NCBI GenBank assembly: GCA_964599705.1 | Contig: CAZRGU010000001.1 | Coordinates: 1 to 57,799, forward strand | Direction of reading: 5' to 3' | DNA length: 57,799 bases | DNA from: an uncultured Ectothiorhodospiraceae bacterium | GTDB taxonomy: Bacteria; Pseudomonadota; Gammaproteobacteria; HK1 | Part shown: positions 47,027-57,799 of the stretch, one piece after another | How positions within the stretch are numbered: position 1 is the stretch's first letter | How the letters are laid out: each line of letters starts with the position of its first letter | The notes under the pieces: model-generated | What the model saw: only the letters and a program-made list of their open reading frames with translations | Database searches by the model: none | What the model was told of the DNA's origin: nothing | Position numbers and translations under genes: made by a program

Positions 47027-48923
47027 CGCGCGCCGCGGCCGGCGCTCGGCCGGCCCGGCGCCGCCCCGGGCCGCCCCGCCCGCGCAGGTGGATCCGCAGC
47101 ACGGTGATCGCGGCCGGGGTGACCCCGGGCAGGCGCGCGGCCTGCCCGAGGGTCGCGGGACGGGCCGCCGCGAGGCGCTCGCGGACCTCGGCCGAGAGCC
47201 CCGGGACGGCCCGGTAGTCGAGGGTCTCGGGCAGCACCAGGCGCTCGTGCTCGCGGTCGCGCTCGACCTCGCGGCGCTGGCGCTCGAGGTAGCCGTGGTA
47301 GCGGGCCTCGATCTCGAGCTGCTCGCCGACCTCGGGGTCGCTCGCCCCGGGGCCCAGCCCGGGGGCGGCGACCAGCTCGCGGTAGCCGACCCCGGGGCGG
47401 CGCAGCAGCTCGAGGGCGCTGCGCTCGCCGCCCCCGGGCGCGCCGAGCGCGGCGGCCGCGCCCGGCGGCACGGCGAGCGCGGCGAGCCTCGCGCGCTCGC
47501 GCTCGATGGCCTCGCGCCGGGCCACGAAGCGGCGCCAGCGCTCCTCGCCGACCAGCCCGAGGGCACGGCCCTGCTCGGTGAGGCGCAGGTCGGCGTTGTC
47601 CTCGCGCAGCATCAGCCGGTACTCGGCGCGGCTGGTGAACATCCGGTACGGCTCGCTGGCCCCGCGGGTGACCAGGTCGTCGACCAGCACCCCGAGGTAG
47701 GCCTGGTCGCGGCGCGGCCACCAGGGCGCCTGGTCGGCGGCGCGCAGGGCGGCGTTGAGCCCGGCGAGCAGCCCCTGCGCGGCGGCCTCCTCGTAGCCGG
47801 TCGTGCCGTTGATCTGGCCGGCCAGGAACAGCCCGCCGAGGGCCCGGGTCTCGAGCCACGGATGCAGGTCGCGGGGGTCGAAGAAGTCGTACTCGATGGC
47901 GTAGCCGGGGCGGGTGATGCGGGCCCGCTCGAAGCCGCGGATCGAGCGCACCAGCGCCTCCTGGACCTCGAAGGGCAGGCTGGTCGAGATGCCGTTGGGG
48001 TAGACCTCGCAGGTCTCGAGGCCCTCGGGCTCGACGAACACGGTGTGCCCGTCGCGCTCGGCGAAGCGCACCACCTTGTCCTCCACCGACGGGCAGTAGC
48101 GCGGCCCCGGCCCGGCGATCCGCCCGCTGTAGAGCGGCGAGCGGTCGAGCGCGGCACGGATGATCTCGTGGGTCCGCGGGTTGGTCCGGGCGAGGTGGCA
48201 GCAGACCTGGCGGGGGCGCTCGGCGGGGGGCTCGAGGAACGACAGGCGCGGCGGCGGGTCGTCGCCGGGCTGCGCGGCCAGCACCCGGTAATCGAGGGTG
48301 CGCCCGTCGAGGCGCGGCGGGGTGCCGGTCTTGAGCCGCCCGACCCGCGGCAGGCGCTCGCGCAGGCAGCGGGCGAGCGCGCTGGCCGGCGGCTCGCCGG
48401 CCCGCCCCGCCCGCTGGCTGGCCAGCCCGACGTGGATCCGCCCGGCGAGGAAGGTGCCGACCGTGAGCACCACCGCCGGGGCCCGGAACTCGATGCCCAG
48501 CGCGGTGCGCACCCCGACCACCCGCTCGCCCTCGACGAGCAGATCGACGACGCCTTGCTGGAGCAGGTCGAGCCCGGCCTGGCGCTCGAGGGCGGCCCGC
48601 ACCCGGACCCGGTAGAGCTGGCGGTCGATCTGGGCGCGGGTGGCCCGCACCGCCGGTCCCTTGCGGGCGTTGAGCCGCCGGAAGTGGATCCCGCAGCGCT
48701 CGGCCGCCCAGCCCATCAGCCCGCCCAGGGCATCGATCTCGCGCACCAGGTGACCCTTGCCGATCCCGCCAATGGCCGGGTTGCAGCTCATCTGCCCGAG
48801 GGTCTCGATCGAGTCGGTCAGCAGCAGGGTGCGGGCGCCACGGCGCGCGGCGGCCAGCGCCGCCTCGCTCCCGGCGTGCCCGCCGCCGACCACGATGACC
48901 TGGTAGCCGCGCTGCGCCACCAC
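47016..48923 (-). CDS. mnmG: tRNA uridine-5-carboxymethylaminomethyl modification enzyme MnmG (GidA)
   Basis: ORF 47016..49046 trimmed to the GTG at 48923, which gives [27 protein letters not shown] (the same spacing as E. coli MFYPDPFDVIIIGGGHAG). It also contains [27 protein letters not shown]. Confidence 0.93.
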   Translation of the reverse strand: MVAQRGYQVIVVGGGHAGSEAALAAARRGARTLLLTDSIETLGQMSCNPAIGGIGKGHLVREIDALGGLMGWAAERCGIHFRRLNARKGPAVRATRAQIDRQLYRVRVRAALERQAGLDLLQQGVVDLLVEGERVVGVRTALGIEFRAPAVVLTVGTFLAGRIHVGLASQRAGRAGEPPASALARCLRERLPRVGRLKTGTPPRLDGRTLDYRVLAAQPGDDPPPRLSFLEPPAERPRQVCCHLARTNPRTHEIIRAALDRSPLYSGRIAGPGPRYCPSVEDKVVRFAERDGHTVFVEPEGLETCEVYPNGISTSLPFEVQEALVRSIRGFERARITRPGYAIEYDFFDPRDLHPWLETRALGGLFLAGQINGTTGYEEAAAQGLLAGLNAALRAADQAPWWPRRDQAYLGVLVDDLVTRGASEPYRMFTSRAEYRLMLREDNADLRLTEQGRALGLVGEERWRRFVARREAIERERARLAALAVPPGAAAALGAPGGGERSALELLRRPGVGYRELVAAPGLGPGASDPEVGEQLEIEARYHGYLERQRREVERDREHERLVLPETLDYRAVPGLSAEVRERLAAARPATLGQAARLPGVTPAAITVLRIHLRGRGGPGRRRAGRAPAAARDAG

Positions 48924-48992
48924 CGCAACCCCCGCCGCCGTGAATTTCTCACCATAGCGAAGCCGGGGGCCGAACCACAAGCCGCACTCGTC

Positions 48993-48998
48993 TATACT
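48993..48998 (+). promoter_or_regulatory. Candidate -10 element (TATACT) for glyQS
   Basis: TATACT lies 27 nt upstream of the glyQ GTG, and an AGGGA Shine-Dalgarno follows. The -35 is weak. Confidence 0.25.
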
Positions 48999-49024
48999 GG
49001 GGTGTCTCGCCACCCACAGGGAAC

Positions 49025-49956
<932 letters not shown>

Positions 49957-49960
<4 letters not shown>

Positions 49961-52089
49961 GCGCGGCCCGCGACCTGCTCGTCGAGGTCGGCACCGAGGA
50001 GCTGCCCCCGCGGGCCCTGCGCCGGCTCGCCGAGGCCTTCGCCGAGGCGCTCGGGCGCGGCCTCGACGCGCTGGCCCTCGAGCACGGGGCGCTGCACGCC
50101 TACGCCACCCCGCGGCGCCTGGCGGTGCGCGTCGAGGCGCTCGCCGAGACCCAGCCCGAGCGCCAGCAGGTGCGCCGCGGCCCGGCGCTGGCCGCGGCCT
50201 TCGACGGCGAGGGACGCCCGACCCGCGCGGCGCTCGGCTTCGCCCGCTCGCTGGGCGTCGAGCTCGAGCGCCTCGAGCGCATCGAGACCGACAAGGGGGT
50301 GTGGCTCGGGCTGCGCACCGTGGTGCCCGGGGCGCCGACCGCGGCGCTGCTCCCGGAGCTGGTCTGCGAGGTGCTCGCCGGCCTGCCCGCGCCGCGGCGG
50401 ATGCGCTGGGGCTGGGGCGAGGTCGAGTTCGTGCGCCCGGTCCACTGGGTGGTGCTGCTCTTCGGCGAGGAGCCGATCGAGGCCGAGGTGCTCGGCGTCG
50501 ACGCCGGGCGCAGCACCCGCGGGCACCGCTTCCACCACCCCGGGCCGATCGAGATCCGCCGCCCGGCCGACTACCCGGCGCTGCTCGCCGGGCGCGGCCG
50601 GGTGATCGCCGACCTCGACGAGCGCCGCGAGCGGATCCGCGCCGCCGTCGAGGCCGCGGCGCGCGGCTGCGGCGGGGTGGCGCTGATCGAGGAGGCGCTG
50701 CTCGAGGAGGTCACCGCCCTGGTCGAGTGGCCGGTGGCGGTCGCCGGGAGCTTCGACCGCGAGTTCCTGGAGCTGCCCGAGGCGCTGCTGGTGGCGGTGA
50801 TGCGCGACCACCAGCGCTACTTCCCGGTGGTCGACGATCGCGGCCAGCTGCTCGCCCGCTTCGTCACCGTGAGCAACATCGAGAGTCGCAACCCGGCGGC
50901 GGTGCGCTCCGGCAACGAGCGGGTCATCCGCCCGCGCTTCGCCGATGCGCGCTTCTTCTTCGAGGCCGACCTGGCCGAGCCGCTCGCCGCGCGCCGCGCC
51001 GGGCTCGCCGAGGTGGTCTTCCACGAGCGGCTCGGCTCGCTGGCCGACAAGAGCGCCCGGGTCGCCGGGCTGGCCGCCCGCATCGCCGCCGAGATGGGGC
51101 TCGACGAGCCGGCCCGCGCCCGCGCCCGGCGCGCCGGCGAGCTCGCCAAGTGCGACCTGCTGACCCAGATGGTCGGCGAGTTCCCGGAGCTGCAGGGCGA
51201 GATGGGCCGGGTCTACGCCGAGCGCGGCGGCGAGCCGCCGCCGGTGGCCGAGGCGATCGGCGAGCACTACCGGCCGCGCTTCGCCGGCGACGCGATCCCG
51301 GCGAGCGCGCTGGGCCGCGCCCTGGCGCTGGCCGACCGGCTCGACACCCTGGTCGGGATCTTCGCCGCCGGCCAGCCGCCGAGCGGGGACAAGGACCCCT
51401 ATGCGCTGCGCCGCGCCGCGCTCGGCGCCCTGCGGATCCTCATCGAGGGCGAGATCGACCTCGACCTCGAGGCGCTGCTCGCCGCGGCCGCCGCCGGCTA
51501 TGGCGAGCCGATCGCCGCCTCCGCGGCCGCCGCCGAGGTCTTCACCTTCGCCCTCGAGCGGCTGCGCGGCTACTTCCTCGAGCAGGGCGTGCCCGCCGAC
51601 GTCTACGCCGCGGTGCTGGCGCGACGCCCGACGCGGCCGCTCGACTTCGCCCGCCGGGTGCGGGCCGTCGAGGCCTTCCGCGCCCTGCCCGAGGCCGCCG
51701 CCCTGGCCGCGGCCAACAAGCGGATCGCCAACATCCTGCGCCAGGCCGGTGGCGCCCCCCGCGGCGAGGTCGAGGAGCGGCTGCTCGAGGCCGGCCCCGA
51801 GCGCGAGCTGGCCGCGCGCCTGGCCGAGCTCGAGCCCGAGGTCCGGGACCGGATCGCGGGCGGGGAGTACCGCCAGGCCCTGGAGCGCCTGGCCACCCTG
51901 CGCGACCCGGTCGACGCCTACTTCGACGGGGTCCGGGTGATGGCCGAGGACGAGCGCCTGCGCGGCAACCGCCTGGCGCTGCTGGCGCGCATCCACCGCC
52001 TGTTCCTGGCCACCGCCGACATCGCCCGGCTGCAGCAGCGCGACGCGGGCCAGCCCGACCTCCGGGAAACCGGCGCCGCTTCACGGTGA
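49957..52089 (+). CDS. glyS: Glycine--tRNA ligase beta subunit
   Basis: In frame with ORF 49204..52089. The GTG at 49957 overlaps the glyQ stop (GTGA). Sequence: [21 protein letters not shown]...YATPRRLAV... Confidence 0.95.
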
Positions 52090-52241
52090 CCCGGCCTCCG
52101 TTAACCTACACTTCAGGTTCGCCGGCTAAAGCTCGCCCTCCGAGCGCCGCTACTCGGTGACGGGCCGGGCCTCGTACCGTGCCGGGCCGGCACGCCCGCT
52201 CGGGGCGGGCCGGCGGCCACCGGCCCAACGCGTGAGGAAAG

Positions 52242-53108
52242 GTGCCGAGATACCTCGCAGTGCTGCTCGCCATCACCGCCGCCCTGCCCGCGGCGGCCAC
52301 CCCGGTACGCGCCCTGCTCTCGTTGCCGGTCGCCCGCGCGCCGGTGATCGACGGGCGCGCCGACGACCCGGCGTGGGCGAACACGCCCCCGCTGGTCACC
52401 CATGACCCGATCGCCGACATCGACATCCGGCTGCGCTCGGTGCACACCGCCGAGACCCTGTTCCTGCTGGTCGAGTTTCCCGACCCGAGCGAGAGCCGCG
52501 AGCACCGCGTGCTGCACTGGGACCGCACCGAGCAGCGCTATCGCAGCGGCCCCGAGCGCGAGGACGTGTTCGTCATCAAGTGGTCGCTGGAGTCCCACCC
52601 GGTCGACCTGCGCCTCGGGGCGAACCACCCCTATCGCGCCGACATCTGGTACTGGAAGGCGGCGCGCACCGACCCGAGCGGCTACGCCGACGACAAGCTG
52701 CAGCGCTACGGCCAGGTGCCGATCCCGCCGTTCAAGCGGATCATGACCGGCGACGGCTCGACGTTCTACCTGAGCCGCCAGGGAGACCGCGGGCGGGCGG
52801 CCTATCGCATGGAGCTCCCGATCGACTACCGGGGCGAGCGGGTGACCCGCTACCGGCCCCAGCCCCCGAGCGGCAGCCGCGCCGACGTGCGCGCCAAGGG
52901 CCGCTGGCGCTCGGGCACCTGGACCATCGAGTTCGCCCGGGCGCTCGACACCGGCCACGACGACGACCTGCGCATCGCCCCCGGGGGGGTCTACCGGTTC
53001 GGGGTCTCGCGCTTCGAGATCGCCGGCCGGGCGCCCAACCCGCGCGCCGAGGAGCCGCGCTTCGGGACCGGCAACGTCGGCGAGCCGCTCGATCTGGTGG
53101 TGCGCTGA
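52242..53108 (+). CDS. Secreted DOMON-superfamily protein (EB_dh / CBM9-like, possibly heme-binding)
   Basis: 288 aa with a GTG start after GAGGAAAG and the signal peptide [24 protein letters not shown]. The motifs [20 protein letters not shown] and [18 protein letters not shown] match, from memory, the ethylbenzene-dehydrogenase-gamma-like family. The family assignment was not checked by any search. Confidence 0.8.
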   Translation: MPRYLAVLLAITAALPAAATPVRALLSLPVARAPVIDGRADDPAWANTPPLVTHDPIADIDIRLRSVHTAETLFLLVEFPDPSESREHRVLHWDRTEQRYRSGPEREDVFVIKWSLESHPVDLRLGANHPYRADIWYWKAARTDPSGYADDKLQRYGQVPIPPFKRIMTGDGSTFYLSRQGDRGRAAYRMELPIDYRGERVTRYRPQPPSGSRADVRAKGRWRSGTWTIEFARALDTGHDDDLRIAPGGVYRFGVSRFEIAGRAPNPRAEEPRFGTGNVGEPLDLVVR

Positions 53109-53122
53109 GCGCGGGGCCCGGG

Positions 53123-55591
53123 ATGTCCTTCAACTCGCTCAAGAACATCGGGCTGGCCGGCCTCCTGGCGCTGATGCTGGTGCTCGCCGGGCTGGCCGTC
53201 GAGCACGGGCGGCGGGCCCTCGAGACCCTCGACCTCACCGCCAACCACACCGCGCGGCTGCGCGAGGCGCTGGTCGCGACCCGCTTCGACCTGGCCACCG
53301 CGCGCGACATCTTCCGCCTCTACCATGCCCTCGACCCGGTCACCGCCGACGAGGTGCGCATCCGCCTGGCCACCCTCGAGCGTGCCGTGGCCGCGGCCGA
53401 GCAGCGCGCCGCTGCGCCCGGAGCGCCGGGAGGCGCGCCGAGCGGCGCGGCGCGCGCGGCCCGCGCCGCCTTCGACGAGCTCTCCGCGAGCGCCGATCTC
53501 GACCCGACCTCGGAGTACGCGCGCGAGCTGACCGAGCTGATCGAGAGCCGCCTGGCGGCCGTCAGCCGCGCCCTGCCGGACAACCTCGAGGTCATCGCCC
53601 GGGCCGCGGCCGCCCGCCGGGCGCTGACCACCTTCCTCACCCAGGAGCCGGTCACCCTCGAGGAGATCCTGGTGCCGCTGCGCCGCTCCCGGGCCCGCTG
53701 GAGCCCGTGCCAGGCCTGCTCCCGGGCGCTGCTCGGGGACTCCGGGCAGCGCGAGGTGGCGGCCCTCGGCGCCGCCCTGGAGCGGCTCCAGGGGGCGGTG
53801 CTCAGCTACGGCGAGGAGCGCCGTGCCGACAACGAGGACAGCGACCTGCGCAGCGCCCACCGGGCGGTGATCGAGTGGTTCGCGACCGCCGAGCAGCGCC
53901 TCGACGCGGTCCGTGCCGGGGTCGGACAGCGGGCCAGCGCGCTGCAGGCCAGCCTGATGAGCGAGTCGCGCCGGCGACAGCAGGAGTTCGCCGTCATCGC
54001 CACCGGCTTCCTGGGCCTCGCCCTGGCCCTGTCCTGGCTCCTCGGGCGAAGCCTCGAGGTGCGCATCGGGCGGCTCGCCGCGGCGGCCCGGCGCTTCGGC
54101 CGGGGCGAGCTCGGGCACCGGGTCTCGGTGCCGGGACGCGACGCGCTGGCCCACCTCGCCGAGGGGCTCAACGCGATGGCCGCCGAGCGTGCCCGCGCCG
54201 AGGAGCGTCTCTACCGGCTGGCCTACTACGACCCGATCACCGGCCTGCCCAACGGCCACTTCCTGCGCCGTCACCTGACCGCGGTGCTGGCTGCCGGCAC
54301 CCGCGCGGCGCTGCTCTACATCGACATCGACCGCTTCCGCGAGATCAACGACGCCCGCGGGCGGGAGTTCGGCGACCGGGTGCTGGCGACGCTCGCCCCG
54401 CGGCTGCGCGCCTGCCTGCGCCGCGACCAGCGCCTGGCCCTCGAGGGCTGGAGCCCCGAAGGGTCCCCGGGCGCGGCGGCCGGCGACATGCTCGCCCGGC
54501 TCGGCGGTGACGAGTTCCTGGCGCTGCTCGCCCCGAGCGAGGCCGCGGGCGAGGCGTACGCCGCCGCCCGGCGGGTCAGCGAGGCGCTCGGCGAGCCGCT
54601 CGGGCTCGACGGCGAACGGCTCTACCTGAGCGCCACCGTCGGCGTGGCGCTGGCCCCCGAGCACGGCACCGAGACCGAGTCCCTGATCAAGAACGCCGAG
54701 GCGGCGCTGCACTACGCGCGCCGCGCCGGCTACGGGCGGGTGGAGGTCTTCCGCGACGAGGTCGAGCGCACCGCGCAGCGGCGCCTCGACCTGCTCAACC
54801 GCCTGCGCCGGGCGGTCGAGCACGGCGACTTCGAGCTCCACTACCAGCCCAAGGTGATGCTCGGCGACGGGCGTTGCGCCGGCGCCGAGGCGCTGATCCG
54901 CTGGAACGAGCCGGGGGGCGGGCTGATCCCCCCCGACCGGTTCATTCCGCTGGCCGAGGAGACCGGGCTGATCGTGCCGATCGGCGACTGGGTGGTGGAG
55001 GCGGCCTGCGCCCAGCTCGCCGCCTGGCAGTGCAGCGGGCTGGGCGGCTTCTCGGTGGCCATCAACCTGTGCGCCGAGCAGTGCCAGGACCCCCAGCTCC
55101 CGCGCCGTCTCGACGAGACGCTGGCCCGCCACTCGCTGGCCCCCGGGCAGCTCGAGGTCGAGGTCACCGAGCGGGCGATCATCCGCGAGGCCGAGCGCAG
55201 CCGGCGGATCCTCACCGAGTTCGCCGAGCGCGGCATCCGCGTCGCCCTCGACGACTTCGGGACCGGCTACTCCTCGCTGGCGCGGCTCAAGACCCTGCCG
55301 CTGGCGACCCTGAAGATCGACCGGATGTTCGTCGCCGGCCTGCCCGGCGGGCACGCCGATCGGGCGATCGTCGAGACCGTCCTCGATCTCGCCCACCACC
55401 TCGATCTGGAGGCCGTGGCCGAGGGCGTCGAGCACCCCGAGCAGCTCGCCTGGCTGCAGGCCCACGGCTGCGAGCAGGCGCAGGGCTTTCTGCTCGCCCG
55501 CCCGCTGCCGGCAGCCGAGCTGCGGGCCTGGCTCGAGGCCGGCGGGACGCCGCTGGCGGACATCCCGGCCTCGCCGCCGCGCAGCGCCTGA
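53123..55591 (+). CDS. Membrane HAMP-GGDEF-EAL protein (c-di-GMP synthase/phosphodiesterase)
   Basis: ORF 52580..55591 trimmed to [26 protein letters not shown] (ATG 53123). It has two TM segments flanking a helical region of about 260 aa, then a HAMP domain. The GGDEF domain has an intact RLGGDEF but no RxxD I-site. The EAL domain carries [29 protein letters not shown] and QG. Confidence 0.93.
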   Translation: MSFNSLKNIGLAGLLALMLVLAGLAVEHGRRALETLDLTANHTARLREALVATRFDLATARDIFRLYHALDPVTADEVRIRLATLERAVAAAEQRAAAPGAPGGAPSGAARAARAAFDELSASADLDPTSEYARELTELIESRLAAVSRALPDNLEVIARAAAARRALTTFLTQEPVTLEEILVPLRRSRARWSPCQACSRALLGDSGQREVAALGAALERLQGAVLSYGEERRADNEDSDLRSAHRAVIEWFATAEQRLDAVRAGVGQRASALQASLMSESRRRQQEFAVIATGFLGLALALSWLLGRSLEVRIGRLAAAARRFGRGELGHRVSVPGRDALAHLAEGLNAMAAERARAEERLYRLAYYDPITGLPNGHFLRRHLTAVLAAGTRAALLYIDIDRFREINDARGREFGDRVLATLAPRLRACLRRDQRLALEGWSPEGSPGAAAGDMLARLGGDEFLALLAPSEAAGEAYAAARRVSEALGEPLGLDGERLYLSATVGVALAPEHGTETESLIKNAEAALHYARRAGYGRVEVFRDEVERTAQRRLDLLNRLRRAVEHGDFELHYQPKVMLGDGRCAGAEALIRWNEPGGGLIPPDRFIPLAEETGLIVPIGDWVVEAACAQLAAWQCSGLGGFSVAINLCAEQCQDPQLPRRLDETLARHSLAPGQLEVEVTERAIIREAERSRRILTEFAERGIRVALDDFGTGYSSLARLKTLPLATLKIDRMFVAGLPGGHADRAIVETVLDLAHHLDLEAVAEGVEHPEQLAWLQAHGCEQAQGFLLARPLPAAELRAWLEAGGTPLADIPASPPRSA

Positions 55592-55885
55592 GCGCCCCCC
55601 GGCGACCATCCGGCGCGGGGCCGGAGGGGCGCTCCCGGACGGGCCCCCTCAAGCCCCCCGGAGACCGGCCGCTACCTGGCGCAGAGCGGCCGCTGGCCGG
55701 CATCGCCCAGCGCCGCGCGCGGCCTCCGGTGTCGGGACGCCACCCCGGCGGAGCGCGCGGAGCGCAGGGCGGCCAAGGGGGCGGCCTGCCCGACGTCGAG
55801 CCGGCCGCCGGGAGCACGCCACGTCGGGGCGGACGGATCGAGGCCCGCGGCCGCGGATCGGAGAGCGGCGCGGGCGAGGCGCAGG

Positions 55886-57742
55886 ATGGGACACGGAAGA
55901 ATGGACGGGCATGAGGCGAGGTCGCCGTGGCGGCGACTGTGGCGGATGGTGCGCTTCCTCGACCTGCGCATCCACCAGAAGGTGGCGCTGTTCTCGGCCG
56001 GGACCGCGTTCTGGTTCGTGCTCTCCGCGGTGCTGGCGGCCTGGAGCCTGCTCGCGGTGCGCGACGGCTACCGCGACCTGATCGGCTCGGCGATCCCCGC
56101 CCAGCGCCTGCTCGGGCGCATCGAGACCGGGCTCGAGGCCCTCGACCACGACGCCCAGGTGCTGCTCGACGCCGACCTCGGCGATCTCGCCCGCACCGGC
56201 GCCCGCAGCCGCCTGCGCAGCTACGAGCTCGCCGCCGCGGCCTCCGCCCTGGGGCGCGCGGGGGGCGGGCTGGAGCCGCCCGCCCGCCTCCTGCGGCAAC
56301 GCATCGAGGCCCTCGAGGAGGCCTTCGGCAAGCTCCTCGAGGCGGCCCGGGAGCGGCGCCGGGGAGACGCTCCGGCGCCCCGGCTCGGCCCCGTCCACGA
56401 CCGCTTCGAGCAGCGCCTGGCCGCCGCCCACGGCGCCCTCAAGCAGCTCGCCGAGGCCCAGGCGGCGCGGCTCCCGGAGCTCGCCGGGCAGGTCGACGCG
56501 ACGATCCGCGCCAGCCTGGTGGCGCTGGTGGTGCTGTTCGCCCTCGAGGTCGGCCTGCTGATGATCTTCGCGCGCCTGATCACGGCCTCGATCGTGCGCC
56601 CGATCAACGCCATCCGCCGCCAGATCCGGGCGCTCGCCGACGGCGAGGCGGAGCTCACCGAGAAGGTCGAGGTGATGTCGCGCGACGAGATCGGGCGGCT
56701 GACCGAGGAGTTCAACGAGCTCACCGAGGTGGTCCACGACATGACCTCCTTCAAGCAGGTCATCGAGGACGACGAGTCGCTCGAGGACGTCTACATGCGC
56801 CTCGGCGAGGTCTTCACCGACAAGCTCGGGGTGCCCGAGTACGCGGTCCTCGAGGTCAGCGCCGACGAGCGGGCGATGGTCGTCGTCGACCCGCGCGACG
56901 GCAAGTCGGGGCCGGCCCGCTGCCACTCGGCGGTGCTCGCCAACTGCGAGCTGTGCCGGGCCCGCAAGACCGGGCACCTGATCTCCTCGCTCGACTACCC
57001 GGGCGTCTGCACCCAGTTCCGCGGCGCACCCGAGCAGATCCACGTCTGCATCCCGGTGATCACCGGCGGGCGCCCCGGCGCGGTCGTGCAGTTGCTCTTC
57101 GCCGCCCCCGAGGGGGATGCCACCGAGACCATCCGCACCACGGTGTTCAAGGCCGAGACCTACATCAAGCAGTCGCAGTCGGTGATCGAGGCCAAGCACC
57201 TGCTCCAGACCCTGCGCGAGTCGGCGCTCAAGGACAGCCTCACCGGGCTGTTCAACCGCCGCTTCCTCCAGGAGCATGGCGACCCGCTGATCAACGGCGT
57301 GGTGCGCCGCGGCAAGAACGTCGGCCTGCTGATGTGCGACCTCGACTTCTTCAAGCAGGTCAACGACCAGTACGGTCACGACGCCGGCGACGCGGTGCTG
57401 CGCGAGACCGCGACGGTGATCCGCGACAGCGTGCGCGAGGCCGACATCGTGGTGCGCTTCGGTGGCGAGGAGTTCCTGGTGCTGCTGATGGACGTCGAGC
57501 CGGGCGAGTCGGTCCAGGTCGCCGAGAAGATCCGCGCCAACGTCGCCGCCACCAAGCTGCGGGTCAACGGCGCCACGGTGCGCAAGAACATCAGCATCGG
57601 GGTCAGCGAGTACCCGCACGACACCAAGGCCTTCTGGCACGCCATCAAGTTCGCCGACGTGGCCCTCTACGAAGCCAAGCGCAGCGGCCGCAACCGGGTG
57701 GTGCGCTTCGAGGCCGCGATGTGGCAGGAGGAGGCGTTCTGA
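55886..57742 (+). CDS. Membrane HAMP - Cys-rich GAF-like - GGDEF diguanylate cyclase
   Basis: 618 aa ORF; the likely start is here or at the ATG at 55946 (MVRFLDLRIHQK). It has two TM segments, a HAMP domain, then a middle domain of about 150 aa carrying five Cys. The GGDEF domain has RFGGEEF with an RxxD I-site (READ) five residues upstream. Confidence 0.92.
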   Translation: MGHGRMDGHEARSPWRRLWRMVRFLDLRIHQKVALFSAGTAFWFVLSAVLAAWSLLAVRDGYRDLIGSAIPAQRLLGRIETGLEALDHDAQVLLDADLGDLARTGARSRLRSYELAAAASALGRAGGGLEPPARLLRQRIEALEEAFGKLLEAARERRRGDAPAPRLGPVHDRFEQRLAAAHGALKQLAEAQAARLPELAGQVDATIRASLVALVVLFALEVGLLMIFARLITASIVRPINAIRRQIRALADGEAELTEKVEVMSRDEIGRLTEEFNELTEVVHDMTSFKQVIEDDESLEDVYMRLGEVFTDKLGVPEYAVLEVSADERAMVVVDPRDGKSGPARCHSAVLANCELCRARKTGHLISSLDYPGVCTQFRGAPEQIHVCIPVITGGRPGAVVQLLFAAPEGDATETIRTTVFKAETYIKQSQSVIEAKHLLQTLRESALKDSLTGLFNRRFLQEHGDPLINGVVRRGKNVGLLMCDLDFFKQVNDQYGHDAGDAVLRETATVIRDSVREADIVVRFGGEEFLVLLMDVEPGESVQVAEKIRANVAATKLRVNGATVRKNISIGVSEYPHDTKAFWHAIKFADVALYEAKRSGRNRVVRFEAAMWQEEAF

Positions 57743-57762
57743 GCCACGGCCGCCCCTCGTAG

Positions 57763-57779
57763 CCCGGGCTCTGCCCGGG
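57763..57779 (+). terminator. GC-rich hairpin downstream of the diguanylate cyclase gene (CCCGGGC-tct-GCCCGGG); no U tract
   Basis: A perfect 7-bp inverted repeat with a 3-nt loop lies 21 nt after the stop codon. The window ends 20 nt later. Confidence 0.25.
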
Positions 57780-57799
57780 ATCGGACCCAGGGCGGCGCC

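Noticed and set aside
48924-49024. A possible oriC next to mnmG(gidA).
   Set aside because: The spacer is only about 100 nt. It has no TTATCCACA-type DnaA boxes and no AT-rich 13-mer-like repeats, and it reads as an ordinary divergent promoter region.
52160-52225. The palindrome GTGCCGGGCCGGCAC (52179-52193) and three GGGCCGG copies after glyS, considered as a terminator or repeat element.
   Set aside because: The palindrome leaves a 1-nt loop and has no following T tract. Short GGGCCGG-type strings are expected by chance at this GC content.
53690-53730. The CQAC motif in the inter-TM domain of the GGDEF-EAL protein as a c-type heme attachment site.
   Set aside because: The motif is CxxCS, not CxxCH. 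A single CxxC in an Ala/Arg-rich helical region is insufficient evidence.

Overview
This is a very GC-rich, densely packed chromosomal segment. It consists almost entirely of housekeeping genes, and the gene order closely resembles a Pseudomonas-like gammaproteobacterial core; the taxonomic reading is inference from gene order and protein similarity I recognise. Left to right:
- a partial acyl-CoA synthetase, fdxA, then mutT-argJ-secA
- an M23 peptidase and a DUF721 gene
- the complete dcw cell-division and cell-wall cluster on the minus strand (mraZ-rsmH-ftsL-ftsI-murE-murF-mraY-murD-ftsW-murG-murC-murB-ddl-ftsQ-ftsA-ftsZ-lpxC)
- RNase P RNA
- rsmI divergent from lpoA-yraN-dolP
- sspA-sspB plus a macro-domain gene
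- cytochrome bc1 (petABC)
- one long codirectional block: yajC-secD-secF-mlaFEDCB-ibaG-murA-hisG-hisD-hisC
- mnmG-rsmG divergent from glyQS
- at the right end, the only accessory-looking region: a secreted DOMON/EB_dh-like protein and two membrane c-di-GMP turnover proteins.

Most long ORFs in the supplied track are antisense or out-of-frame shadows typical of high-GC DNA. I therefore trimmed true starts using homology-consistent N-termini and stop/start overlaps. I see no CRISPR array, tRNA/rRNA gene, transposase, integrase or recognisable defence system. The best candidate for something undescribed is the c-di-GMP sensory module at 52.2-57.7 kb, and that claim is modest.
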